Positions 25,928 through 34,219 of a stretch of DNA of 50,226 nucleotides are shown piece by piece. A program made the translations under genes and the position numbers. Numbering within the stretch: the stretch's first letter is position 1; every line of letters starts with the position of its first letter. Under the pieces are notes generated by a model, which saw only the letters and a program-made list of their open reading frames with translations, ran no database searches and was not told where the DNA came from. This DNA comes from Candidatus Kerfeldbacteria bacterium RIFCSPHIGHO2_12_FULL_48_17 (GTDB taxonomy: Bacteria > Patescibacteriota > Patescibacteriia > HO2-48-17). The DNA is taken from the NCBI GenBank assembly GCA_001818775.1, contig MHKD01000013.1:14217-64442 (forward strand), written 5' to 3'.

Positions 25928-26839
25928 ATGACACAATTCCGCCGCATAACCGATATCATTGCTGACCACTGGAAAATGGTGATCCTGCTTATGATTCTCT
26001 TCATTGGCGGCAGCCTTGGCCTGACCTTCATTCATCCTTTTGAATACCAGTCCAGCGCGCGCATTCTCGTTGTGCCGGTGCAGGAGGAAACCTATGACCC
26101 ATTCACGGCTGAAAAGGCCAGCGAACGGCTCGGCAACACCTTTGGTCAGATTATTACGACTTCCAGTTTTCAGGAAAAGGTTTTGGCTTCCAGCGCACAG
26201 GATCTGAAAAACAACAAATTCAGCCAGGATCCACTCAAAAAACGCAAGCAGTGGCGTGACAAAATCAGCACCCAACTCGAGCGCGAAACCGGTGTTTTGA
26301 CGATTAATGTCTATGATGCCGACCCCAAATACGCCCAACGCCTGCTGGAATGGATTGTGTATAGCCTGAATAGCGATTCCGGCGAATACCATGGCGGCGG
26401 TGATAAGGTGTGGGTGGTGACGGTGGATTTTCCGGTGACGAGCGAAAGTCCGGTGCGCCCGAATATTATTTTGAATCTGACTTTGGGGGTTTTGAGCGCT
26501 TTGGCGGCGATTGCTTTGTTTATTACCTGGTACTATTTCCGGCCGGAATACCTGCCGGCTGCGGTGGGTGAGCAGGGGTCAATGGGTGAAACTGTCGGGC
26601 TTGGGGCTGAACCGGAACCGGTTGCTGCTGAGTCGGTCGTGGCGGCTGTCAAGGCTGGTGAAGGATTGGAGCAGATTGCTGATTTGGAGGTGGCGCCAGC
26701 TTCGGCACCGGCGTCGGTGGACAGCGATTACAACACTCCAGTCGAGAACAGTCAAGAAAATTACGGTCAACATCAGGCGCAATTTAATGACGATTACTAC
26801 GCGCAGGCCATTCAGCAGCTCAAACAGAAGCAGGTCTAG
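25928..26839 (+). CDS. Wzz-like polysaccharide chain-length determinant / co-polymerase family protein
   Basis: An N-terminal TM is followed by FEYQSSARILVVP, an extracytoplasmic region, and a second TM (ILNLTLGVLSALAAIALFITWYYF). The acidic tail is low-complexity. Confidence 0.55.
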   Translation: MTQFRRITDIIADHWKMVILLMILFIGGSLGLTFIHPFEYQSSARILVVPVQEETYDPFTAEKASERLGNTFGQIITTSSFQEKVLASSAQDLKNNKFSQDPLKKRKQWRDKISTQLERETGVLTINVYDADPKYAQRLLEWIVYSLNSDSGEYHGGGDKVWVVTVDFPVTSESPVRPNIILNLTLGVLSALAAIALFITWYYFRPEYLPAAVGEQGSMGETVGLGAEPEPVAAESVVAAVKAGEGLEQIADLEVAPASAPASVDSDYNTPVENSQENYGQHQAQFNDDYYAQAIQQLKQKQV

Positions 26840-27034
26840 GGTAGGTGAGCGGTGGTTGATGCAGGGTCCCGCGCAGGTTGACAGATGAAAATAAATATGG
26901 TCGCACACAAATCGGCGGCCATTTTTTATTGACAAACAGGTGTAGAATTGGTAAGACAGAGGGTTCGACGAAATCATTTCGCGAACAAAAAATTTTTGCA
27001 AATTGAAAATCTAAAATTAAGGAGGGCGAAGCCC

Positions 27035-28198
27035 ATGAAACACTTGAATTTGAAAAGCATTGCCGCTGCAGTCGTCCTCTTGCTCGTCGCCCTTTCCTGG
27101 GTGAACGAAGTAAGGGGACAGGATTTGGAAATTTCCGAGACGCCGGTAGAGGAGGTAAACAAAGAGTACATCCTTGTACTCAATATCATCATTACTTTCC
27201 GGCAGCCCGATGGAACGGACCTCTCAATTGAACCAGGTGCGGAAATTCAGGTCCGGATCGTTGAAGTTGATAACCTTGGTGTGACCTATGAATTAGAAAG
27301 GGCCAGCCAGGGTGGAATATTGCAGGAACCGGCTGAAAGGACTCGGCCATTTTTCCGGATCATGAATGCGGAGAGGGTGGAAAGAATATTTTCGCTTAAA
27401 CTGTTGCCTGATGCTGGGAATTGGTCAAAATACCAACCACTTCGCGACGAAACCACGCCCGAGATTGATCCAATCGACGTAATGTTTCTCTTCATATACG
27501 ATCATATTGCTTATTCAAAAAAGGCAAAGGAAGAGGGCAGAAACGTTGAAAATAACCCAGACTGGCTGGCTGTGGCAGCAAAGGTGCGCTTGAATATATG
27601 CGCCAGCTGCCGCTACAAAAAAAGTTTCAGCCCGAGTGTCCTATTCAAAGCAGGAAATTCCTGGCTAAACGTGGACCCTAATTATTTCGCAACAGGGGGT
27701 CCGGATTTTCAACTGGGGCTTGGGTTCAACTGGCAGAGATGGTTTTTCAACAGCATCTATGGTGACGTGACTGCTGGTCCAAAAATTCTCAGAAATAGTA
27801 CTTTGGATCAGGACATTACCTGGATGCTGGATGGTGACATCAGCTTCTCACTGTGGGGAATGTGGTTTGCTTACTATTTTTCCGGCGAAGGACTGGAAAG
27901 AGGTTTGCCGAACCGCTATATGGAAATTGATATAAAACATCAATTCCATCCGCAGTGGTTCGACTGGTTTGCCGCAAGCCTGGGTTTTGGGATCGGAAAA
28001 ACAGATTATGAGATAGGAGATGTGGCCTACGGGTATTGGAAGTTCATACCTTTTGTGGAGCTCAGTGCTTTCACAACTGGAGATGAGCTTGTGCCTAAGC
28101 AGCACAGTCTCCGATTCAATTTCAGCTTGTTGAAGGCAGGGAACATCGGCGGTCTGTATGGAAAAAGCTACACCGCCATCCTGGTTTTCAACTTCTGA
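27035..28198 (+). CDS. secreted hypothetical protein with beta-barrel-like C-terminal half
   Basis: AAGGAGGG lies upstream of the ATG. The signal peptide is MKHLNLKSIAAAVVLLLVALSWVNEVRG. The C-terminal ~200 aa are aromatic-rich with an alternating pattern, and the protein ends in ...TAILVFNF. Confidence 0.6.
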   Translation: MKHLNLKSIAAAVVLLLVALSWVNEVRGQDLEISETPVEEVNKEYILVLNIIITFRQPDGTDLSIEPGAEIQVRIVEVDNLGVTYELERASQGGILQEPAERTRPFFRIMNAERVERIFSLKLLPDAGNWSKYQPLRDETTPEIDPIDVMFLFIYDHIAYSKKAKEEGRNVENNPDWLAVAAKVRLNICASCRYKKSFSPSVLFKAGNSWLNVDPNYFATGGPDFQLGLGFNWQRWFFNSIYGDVTAGPKILRNSTLDQDITWMLDGDISFSLWGMWFAYYFSGEGLERGLPNRYMEIDIKHQFHPQWFDWFAASLGFGIGKTDYEIGDVAYGYWKFIPFVELSAFTTGDELVPKQHSLRFNFSLLKAGNIGGLYGKSYTAILVFNF

Positions 28199-28300
28199 AA
28201 ATGCCTCACAAGGGGGTACAAAAAAACCGGCATTGCACAAGCAGTGCCAACAACAACCAAACCAAGCGCCCTAACAGGCGCCAAAGAACTGGAGATTATC

Positions 28301-29560
28301 ATGAGAAAGATTTTTTTTGCAGTATTTATGATCTTGCTGACAGTGTGGGCGATAGGATGTACCGACCATGTGCCGATTAAAGAAGGTGTCACGCCAAATC
28401 CAAATGGAGGTGGTCTTGTTGACGTTCACCTTGGGTATTCCACAGCAAATTGTCAAACACTTCGCTATTACCACACCCTACTGCCGATGTCGGAACAAAA
28501 TGTCGGCACAAAAGGCCCGGAGAAATGGAAACTCGAAAGCATCGCGGTTTCGGCCCTCGGAACAACGGGCGAAATCCTATTTTCAGGACTTGAGGCCAAT
28601 GTTGAGGATCATGGATTCTGGCCAAATTGTCTTGTTGATGGCAGTTTTGACCATGTGCCAAGCACAAGTTCAGATGGGCAGGTCCTCGATCAATTCACTT
28701 GCGATACGGGTGCCTGTAAGTATAAATTTGATGTTCTCTCAGATAGCATTCGGCAGGAGAATGGACCAGAAACTATGTTTGTCGACAATGAAGTGGTTCT
28801 GGATCCACAGGGACAACTCCAGGCCCCCTATGCTGTCGTCTTGACACTGTCAATGCACGACATCATCAAGACCCCGGCGGATGGAAACACAGGCAGATAT
28901 AAACGCTCAATAAAGTTCCCAACCCGGTCAAAGGGTTATGCGTGGTGTGCCGGTAGTAATAGTTATAATAGCTTCCTCTGTCGGATAACTATAGGGGGCG
29001 TACTGCTAACAAAAAAAGTACCAAAACCAACGAACCCCTTGATTCCGAACGTGGGCCTGTTACCATTCGCACCCACAGAAGTTTACGAATATGAAATCGA
29101 TGCCACGGGAAAGCAGGTTTCAACTCAGGGAAGTCAAAATGTCACCTTAGTCTGGCGTCAGGACGCTGTAAATAAGTATGTACAAAGCGACGGTATTTAT
29201 TTTAAAAATAACTTAAATGCCAATAAAACGGATCAAAATACAGCGGCTGAGTTTCAGACAAGTGACAGTGGGAGTCTGAAAATAGGTGACTTCAAAAAAA
29301 CATTCTCCAATCTTCCTGATGGTGTGGGTTATAAACTCAGCACGGGAAAGTTGGTTAATAGCGTATTCTACGGGGTCAATGGCAGCGACTTACGTTTTGG
29401 GATGATAGGAACGTCGGGAGCTCTCATCCAGTTGACTTGCATAACTGGAACGAAAGAAAATTCCGATGGGAGCATCTATAGTGAGTTCGAGTTCGATGTT
29501 ATGAGCGGTGAAGTAATTTCACCATGTAATAATATCGGGGTAGATGCTAAATTAAAGTAA
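28301..29560 (+). CDS. putative lipoprotein, Cys-rich, no recognisable domain
   Basis: GGAG lies upstream. MRKIFFAVFMILLTVWAIGC resembles a lipobox. The mature part has multiple Cys residues. Confidence 0.6.
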   Translation: MRKIFFAVFMILLTVWAIGCTDHVPIKEGVTPNPNGGGLVDVHLGYSTANCQTLRYYHTLLPMSEQNVGTKGPEKWKLESIAVSALGTTGEILFSGLEANVEDHGFWPNCLVDGSFDHVPSTSSDGQVLDQFTCDTGACKYKFDVLSDSIRQENGPETMFVDNEVVLDPQGQLQAPYAVVLTLSMHDIIKTPADGNTGRYKRSIKFPTRSKGYAWCAGSNSYNSFLCRITIGGVLLTKKVPKPTNPLIPNVGLLPFAPTEVYEYEIDATGKQVSTQGSQNVTLVWRQDAVNKYVQSDGIYFKNNLNANKTDQNTAAEFQTSDSGSLKIGDFKKTFSNLPDGVGYKLSTGKLVNSVFYGVNGSDLRFGMIGTSGALIQLTCITGTKENSDGSIYSEFEFDVMSGEVISPCNNIGVDAKLK

Positions 29561-29647
29561 CATTGCGCGCAACTGCGCGCCATAGCTCATTGAATTGGAA
29601 CGCAGTTGCTCATGCAATTTCGTTCCTTTTCAATTCAGGAGAAAATC

Positions 29648-30814
29648 ATGAAAAAAGTAATGCTCGCAGTTGCGATAATGATAGGAACATTGATTCCTGC
29701 GTTGAAGGCACAGGCATTTGAATTGGATCAAGAGAAGTTTTTCCAGATGGTTGAAGATCCAAATTTCACTATCGAAAATTGTGTGCAAGTGGCGGCGAAC
29801 ACTGTTGCGGCTGGTGAAAATAACAATACGTCAGGGTTCACGTCAGAGGAAATAGTGGAAATTGAGAAAGAGTGTAAAAAGCTCAAAAATTTTCAGAAAG
29901 AGATTGTCGCAGAAAAGGCGCTCTTAAAAGAGGAGAATCCGGCGCTGTATGAGTCTATTCCTTGTATATACAACCGCTGGAAAGCCTTTACTGAGTATGG
30001 TATCGAAGATAAACACTGGGACCCTGAGGATGCAGTCAGGTTGGGTCCGGGAGCGGACAGGGTTTGGCGGATTATTGTGCTCAGGGAAAAATCAAACAGC
30101 ATATATCAAAAATTATTGAACCTCGATCCCGATGGTGAAATCTGCCGGTATATATTCACCTTTCAGCAGTCGGTAAGCTGTCCACCAACCAGACCACCGA
30201 CCTATGTCCGTCCGCCGGAACCGCCGCCACAACGGGTTTCAGAGCCAATACCTCGCCCCATGGAAATGGTCACGACATCGGCAGTGGAAACGCAGAGTGC
30301 TTTTTGTCCCTGTATGTGGGTGTTTGATGCCAATGGGACGAAACGTTCCAAGGAACAAAAATACATAGAATGCTACAACTGGAGTATATTACCCAGCGGG
30401 GTAACCCTTGCTGATATTGAGGATGTCTGGCTGGTGGGTGATTTCAATCACTGGGTGGATGCCAAAGATCGCAACCCACCAACATTGAAAAAACTCAAAA
30501 GCTGGCGCTTCCGAAAATACCGCATACCACGGATGAGTGAGGATGGGGTCGCGACTTTCAGCAGCGATAACAGGAAGGGGCGAAAATTTATAAAAGCCAT
30601 GACGCACATCAAAGAAAGCCGCTGGTTGTTTGTGTTCGAACTCAAGAATGGTACCACCCGATGGGCTTCGCTGGATAACTTCGCATTCGACGACGAACGA
30701 TCATGGGCGTGCGGTGTTTTTCAGCAGGAAAGTGGAGCGGTCATGTCCCTCTACACGAAGACATGGCAAACCACCAGCCGCCACCGCATCAGCGCCATGG
30801 AAATGGGCGAGTAA
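29648..30814 (+). CDS. secreted hypothetical protein with Pro-rich linker and possible carbohydrate-binding C-terminal module
   Basis: AGGAG lies upstream. The signal peptide is MKKVMLAVAIMIGTLIPALKAQA and the linker is PPTRPPTYVRPPEPPPQRVSEPIPRP. VWLVGDFNHW resembles the GxFNxW signature of CBM48/E-set modules; this is unverified. Confidence 0.6.
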   Translation: MKKVMLAVAIMIGTLIPALKAQAFELDQEKFFQMVEDPNFTIENCVQVAANTVAAGENNNTSGFTSEEIVEIEKECKKLKNFQKEIVAEKALLKEENPALYESIPCIYNRWKAFTEYGIEDKHWDPEDAVRLGPGADRVWRIIVLREKSNSIYQKLLNLDPDGEICRYIFTFQQSVSCPPTRPPTYVRPPEPPPQRVSEPIPRPMEMVTTSAVETQSAFCPCMWVFDANGTKRSKEQKYIECYNWSILPSGVTLADIEDVWLVGDFNHWVDAKDRNPPTLKKLKSWRFRKYRIPRMSEDGVATFSSDNRKGRKFIKAMTHIKESRWLFVFELKNGTTRWASLDNFAFDDERSWACGVFQQESGAVMSLYTKTWQTTSRHRISAMEMGE

Positions 30815-30985
30815 CGGCCCCAACGAAAAACCAAAACCGCGGCCCCTACCTACCAGGCGCCGCAACCGCGATAGAAAGGAGATTGAACCTTAAACAGACC
30901 GGGAAGCAGAATGTCGACAAGAACCCCAGCTTGACATTTTGCCCCCGGTTTGTTTTTTTATGGAAATCATGTAAGATGAGCAGTT

Positions 30986-32569
30986 ATGTCAAATTTGACC
31001 ACCCAAACGCTGTCCCAGACAGCCACAACCACCACCCCAATCCCATTTTTTCAGCAGAAAATAGGCCTTTTTTCGGCACTCGGTGCCATTGCCACCATCT
31101 TCGCCCTTGGCATCATCTTCTCACCAGCCCTGGCTTTTGGCCTGGTCGCCGCCATCGCCCTGGCCATAACCGCCTTCCGCAAGCCCCTCTGGCTCGTCAC
31201 CGGCCTGCTCTGGTACATGCCCCTTGAACCCTTCCTCCTCAAATTCATCCCCAGCGATTTTTACCTCTACATCCGCTTCGGCAGTGAAGCTGTTATTTAC
31301 CTCATCGTCATCGCCCTGCTCTGGAAATTCATCAGCCGCCAACTGAAATGGCAACTCACCGCCTTCGACATGATCTTCGCCGCATTGCTCGGCACCATGC
31401 TGGTAGGTACCCTCCTGCACTGGACCAGCCTCGAAGTCACCCTGCTTGGCTGGCGCGGCATCCTGCGTTTCATGGTTTTATATTATGTCATTCTTTATCT
31501 GCGTCCAACGCGTCAGCAAATACTTATCGCCATGAGCGGTCTGGCTCTGCTCCTGCTCGGCGAAAGCCTCCTCGGCTTGACGCAGTGGCTGAGTGGCGGT
31601 CGACTCGACGCCTTCCTCGCGCCCAGTCAGCAGCAATTTTTTGGCGACATCACCATCACTATCGGCACGACACTGGATTGGGGTGAAGGTCAGCGCGTAT
31701 TCGGCACCCTCGGAAAATATGAACAACTCGGCAGCTGGCTGATGATGGGATTATTTTTTGTCATCGCAACTTTATACGAATACCAAGGCCCGCGCAAACG
31801 CTGGTTGTGGGTTTTGTTCGCAGTCGGACTCGTTACACTTGTTCTGACCTATTCGCGCGCGGCCTGGTTTGGTTGGGTACTTGGCGCCATCATCATGAGC
31901 TTTATCATCAAGCGTCACAAAAAAGTTTTCTTTATCACCTTAGGTGCACTGGCCGCACTCTTCCTCTATAAAGAATTTAGTGGCCTGGTCGTTGACACGC
32001 TGCTGGCCCGACCGTATACCAATGTTGGTATTCTCGAACGTTTGTTTGAAGTTTTTTCTTACGAACGCTGGCGTGGTGAATATTTTGGATTGGGTCGTTT
32101 GTATTTTTTGGTCGAAGTGCCACGCAAAGTCATTCCTTTGAGTCCGATTTTTGGTTTTGGTCCGGGGCAGTTCGGCAGTGGTGCTGCAGCGGCATTGCAC
32201 AACACGGCCATTTACAACCTGGCCAATATTCCTTTTGGAATTTGGGGACAGTTCGGGTTTATTGATAATAACTGGCTGAGTTTGTGGGCGGAAGTGGGCA
32301 CGCTGGGATTGCTGTTATATGTGGCTTTGCTGGTCTGGCTGCTGCGTGTGACCGTGAAGGTGTACCGACAAACAAAATTCTTGGTGACACGCGTATTGGC
32401 ATTTGGATATATTGCGGTGATTTTTAGTGTGAGTTTTATTGCGTTGTTGGCGACGTATCTGGAAATGCGCACATTGGGTTTGTATTTCTGGATCCTGGGC
32501 GGCGTGATCGTGAGCCTGGCGCTGCAGGAAGGAATTATTAAACCCTTTAAAAAGGATAAAACCTCGTGA
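30986..32569 (+). CDS. O-antigen ligase / Wzy-like polymerase family membrane protein
   Basis: A 527-aa polytopic protein with an LTYSRAAWFGWVLG-type loop motif typical of the Wzy_C family. Confidence 0.65.
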   Translation: MSNLTTQTLSQTATTTTPIPFFQQKIGLFSALGAIATIFALGIIFSPALAFGLVAAIALAITAFRKPLWLVTGLLWYMPLEPFLLKFIPSDFYLYIRFGSEAVIYLIVIALLWKFISRQLKWQLTAFDMIFAALLGTMLVGTLLHWTSLEVTLLGWRGILRFMVLYYVILYLRPTRQQILIAMSGLALLLLGESLLGLTQWLSGGRLDAFLAPSQQQFFGDITITIGTTLDWGEGQRVFGTLGKYEQLGSWLMMGLFFVIATLYEYQGPRKRWLWVLFAVGLVTLVLTYSRAAWFGWVLGAIIMSFIIKRHKKVFFITLGALAALFLYKEFSGLVVDTLLARPYTNVGILERLFEVFSYERWRGEYFGLGRLYFLVEVPRKVIPLSPIFGFGPGQFGSGAAAALHNTAIYNLANIPFGIWGQFGFIDNNWLSLWAEVGTLGLLLYVALLVWLLRVTVKVYRQTKFLVTRVLAFGYIAVIFSVSFIALLATYLEMRTLGLYFWILGGVIVSLALQEGIIKPFKKDKTS

Positions 32570-32638
32570 GCCGAAGGAGGTATACTTTTTTGTGCTCCGG
32601 ACTCCGCCGGGACTACAAAAAAGCACACCTCCTCCGGC
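32570..32638. repeat. hairpin element H2 (22-bp stem, 25-nt loop)
   Basis: The stem (32570-32591 pairing with 32617-32638) has three A:C mismatches. The loop GTGCTCCGGACTCCGCCGGGACTAC shares 24 nt with H1. Confidence 0.9.
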
Positions 32639-32679
32639 TAAAATTAATGCAATCAGTAATGTTTATTTCGTTATGCCTT

Positions 32680-32763
32680 TGAGGAAGCTCACTTGGCTTG
32701 CCGGGCTTGGTCAGCCCGACGGACGTCGGGATGCTGGCATGACAAGTGCGCAGCTGAGGCTGC
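32680..32763. repeat. 84-bp inverted repeat, right copy
   Basis: It is the reverse complement of 24224-24307. It is nested inside a larger hairpin closed by GTTTATTTCGTTAT (32661-32674) and ATAACGAAATAAAC (32797-32810). Confidence 0.9.
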
Positions 32764-32815
32764 CGCTGGAGCAGCCGAAAGCGTTTCCGAAAAGGTATAA
32801 CGAAATAAACGGATT

Positions 32816-34087
32816 ATGAAAATCCTCAACATCAACAAATTTCATTTCCGCAATGGGGGAGCCGACAGCTACTATCTGGATCTCGGCTCTGCTTTACGCA
32901 AGAAAGGTCACACCGTGATCGATTTTGCCATGCACGATAAACGCAATGAACCCTCGGCCTACACAAAATATTTTGTTTCCCATATTGATTTACAAAATCT
33001 GCGCGGCCTTAAAGCTAAAGCCAAAGGAGCGGCCCGCATGATCCATTCCCGGGAAGCCGCGCGCCAGCTCGAGCAGCTCATCAAAGACATGCATCCTGAC
33101 ATTGCCCACATTCACAACATCTATCACCAAATATCCCCATCGATTTTTAGTATACTCAAAAAATATCACATCCCGACCGTCATGACGGTGCATGATTTTA
33201 AACTTATCTGCCCCACCTATAATCTTTTCGCCGCCGGCAGCATTTGCGAAAAATGTAAAAAACACCGCTACTACCAGGCCGCACTCACCAAGTGCAACCA
33301 AAATTCACGCGCCGCCAGCACGATGAGCGCCATCGAAATGTCTCTCCATAAAGCCACGCAGGTTTATGAGCGGGGAGTGGACAGATTTATCGCATCCACA
33401 CAATTCGTGAAAGATAAGTTGGTGGAGTTTGGTCAAAATGCTGATCAAATCACGGTAATTCCCATGGGTATCGCTGCGCAGAAAATCGCCGCAATTTCGG
33501 CAGCAACCACAGTTACCACGACAACCAAAGAACCATTCGTATTATTCGTTGGTCGCCTCCACGCCACCAAAGGCGTTGATATTCTGCTGCACGCGCTCAA
33601 AACATATAAGCAAACCAACGGCACAGAAATCCCCGCGAAAATTATTGGCAGCGGTGAACAAGAAAGCACACTCAAAGAACTCGCCACCACACTCGGCCTC
33701 ACGAAAGTCCAATTCCTCGGCCGTCAAAACCGCGAAACCGTCTACGCTCATATGCGCGCCGCCTCAGCCGTCATCGTGCCTTCAACCTATTACGAAACCT
33801 TTGGCCTTACGGCAGCCGAAGCTATGGCCGCCGGCAAACCCGTCATCGCCAGCAATCATGGCAGTCTGGCCGAACTCATTGAGCATGATAAAACCGGTCT
33901 CCTTTTTCCAGCTGGCAACTTTCAGGCCCTGGCCGAGAGCATTACACAGGTAATAAAAAATCCCGAACAGGCCACCATAATTGGCGCCAACGCTCAAGTC
34001 GAAATTCAGCAAAAACATGATATTGACAGTCATCTGAGAAAACTGGTGGAGTTGTACACAGAATATGTTCAGAACCGCACCAAATAA
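32816..34087 (+). CDS. GT4-family glycosyltransferase
   Basis: 423 aa with FVGRLHATKGVD and the ETFGLTAAEAMAAGKPVIAS signature. Confidence 0.85.
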   Translation: MKILNINKFHFRNGGADSYYLDLGSALRKKGHTVIDFAMHDKRNEPSAYTKYFVSHIDLQNLRGLKAKAKGAARMIHSREAARQLEQLIKDMHPDIAHIHNIYHQISPSIFSILKKYHIPTVMTVHDFKLICPTYNLFAAGSICEKCKKHRYYQAALTKCNQNSRAASTMSAIEMSLHKATQVYERGVDRFIASTQFVKDKLVEFGQNADQITVIPMGIAAQKIAAISAATTVTTTTKEPFVLFVGRLHATKGVDILLHALKTYKQTNGTEIPAKIIGSGEQESTLKELATTLGLTKVQFLGRQNRETVYAHMRAASAVIVPSTYYETFGLTAAEAMAAGKPVIASNHGSLAELIEHDKTGLLFPAGNFQALAESITQVIKNPEQATIIGANAQVEIQQKHDIDSHLRKLVELYTEYVQNRTK

Positions 34088-34160
34088 AACCAGCTGAAGT
34101 CTTAGCCAAGAAACATCTCAAAAATCCATTAAAAATAGCCAATTTCCGCCATTTTCTGTC

Positions 34161-34188
34161 TTGACAGAAAACAATATCATGCTAAGAT
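34161..34188 (+). promoter_or_regulatory. sigma70-type promoter TTGACA-N16-TAAGAT with TGn
   Basis: Hexamers were counted directly. The -35 element is embedded in the 9-bp palindrome TTTTCTGTC/GACAGAAAA. Confidence 0.5.
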
Positions 34189-34219
34189 ATCTCATTCACG
34201 TCAACAAGTAACACACACG

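Noticed and set aside
26950-26975. GGTTCGACGAAATC, a string resembling a tRNA T-arm.
   Set aside because: No acceptor, D or anticodon arms can be drawn around it, and there is no CCA-proximal complement. It lies in the promoter/leader region of the 27035 gene.
32661-32810. An integron attC-site interpretation of the ~150-nt imperfect palindrome downstream of the Wzy-like gene.
   Set aside because: The ends read GTTTATT...AATAAAC, which is the opposite polarity to the attC RYYYAAC...GTTRRRY arrangement. There is no intI integrase or attI in the window. The left copy at 24224 lacks the outer stem.
32592-32819. A 75-aa ORF spanning H2 and the right inverted repeat.
   Set aside because: It is composed entirely of the palindromic repeat sequences, has no SD, and has no counterpart at the other repeat copies. 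It is most likely a by-product of the repeats.
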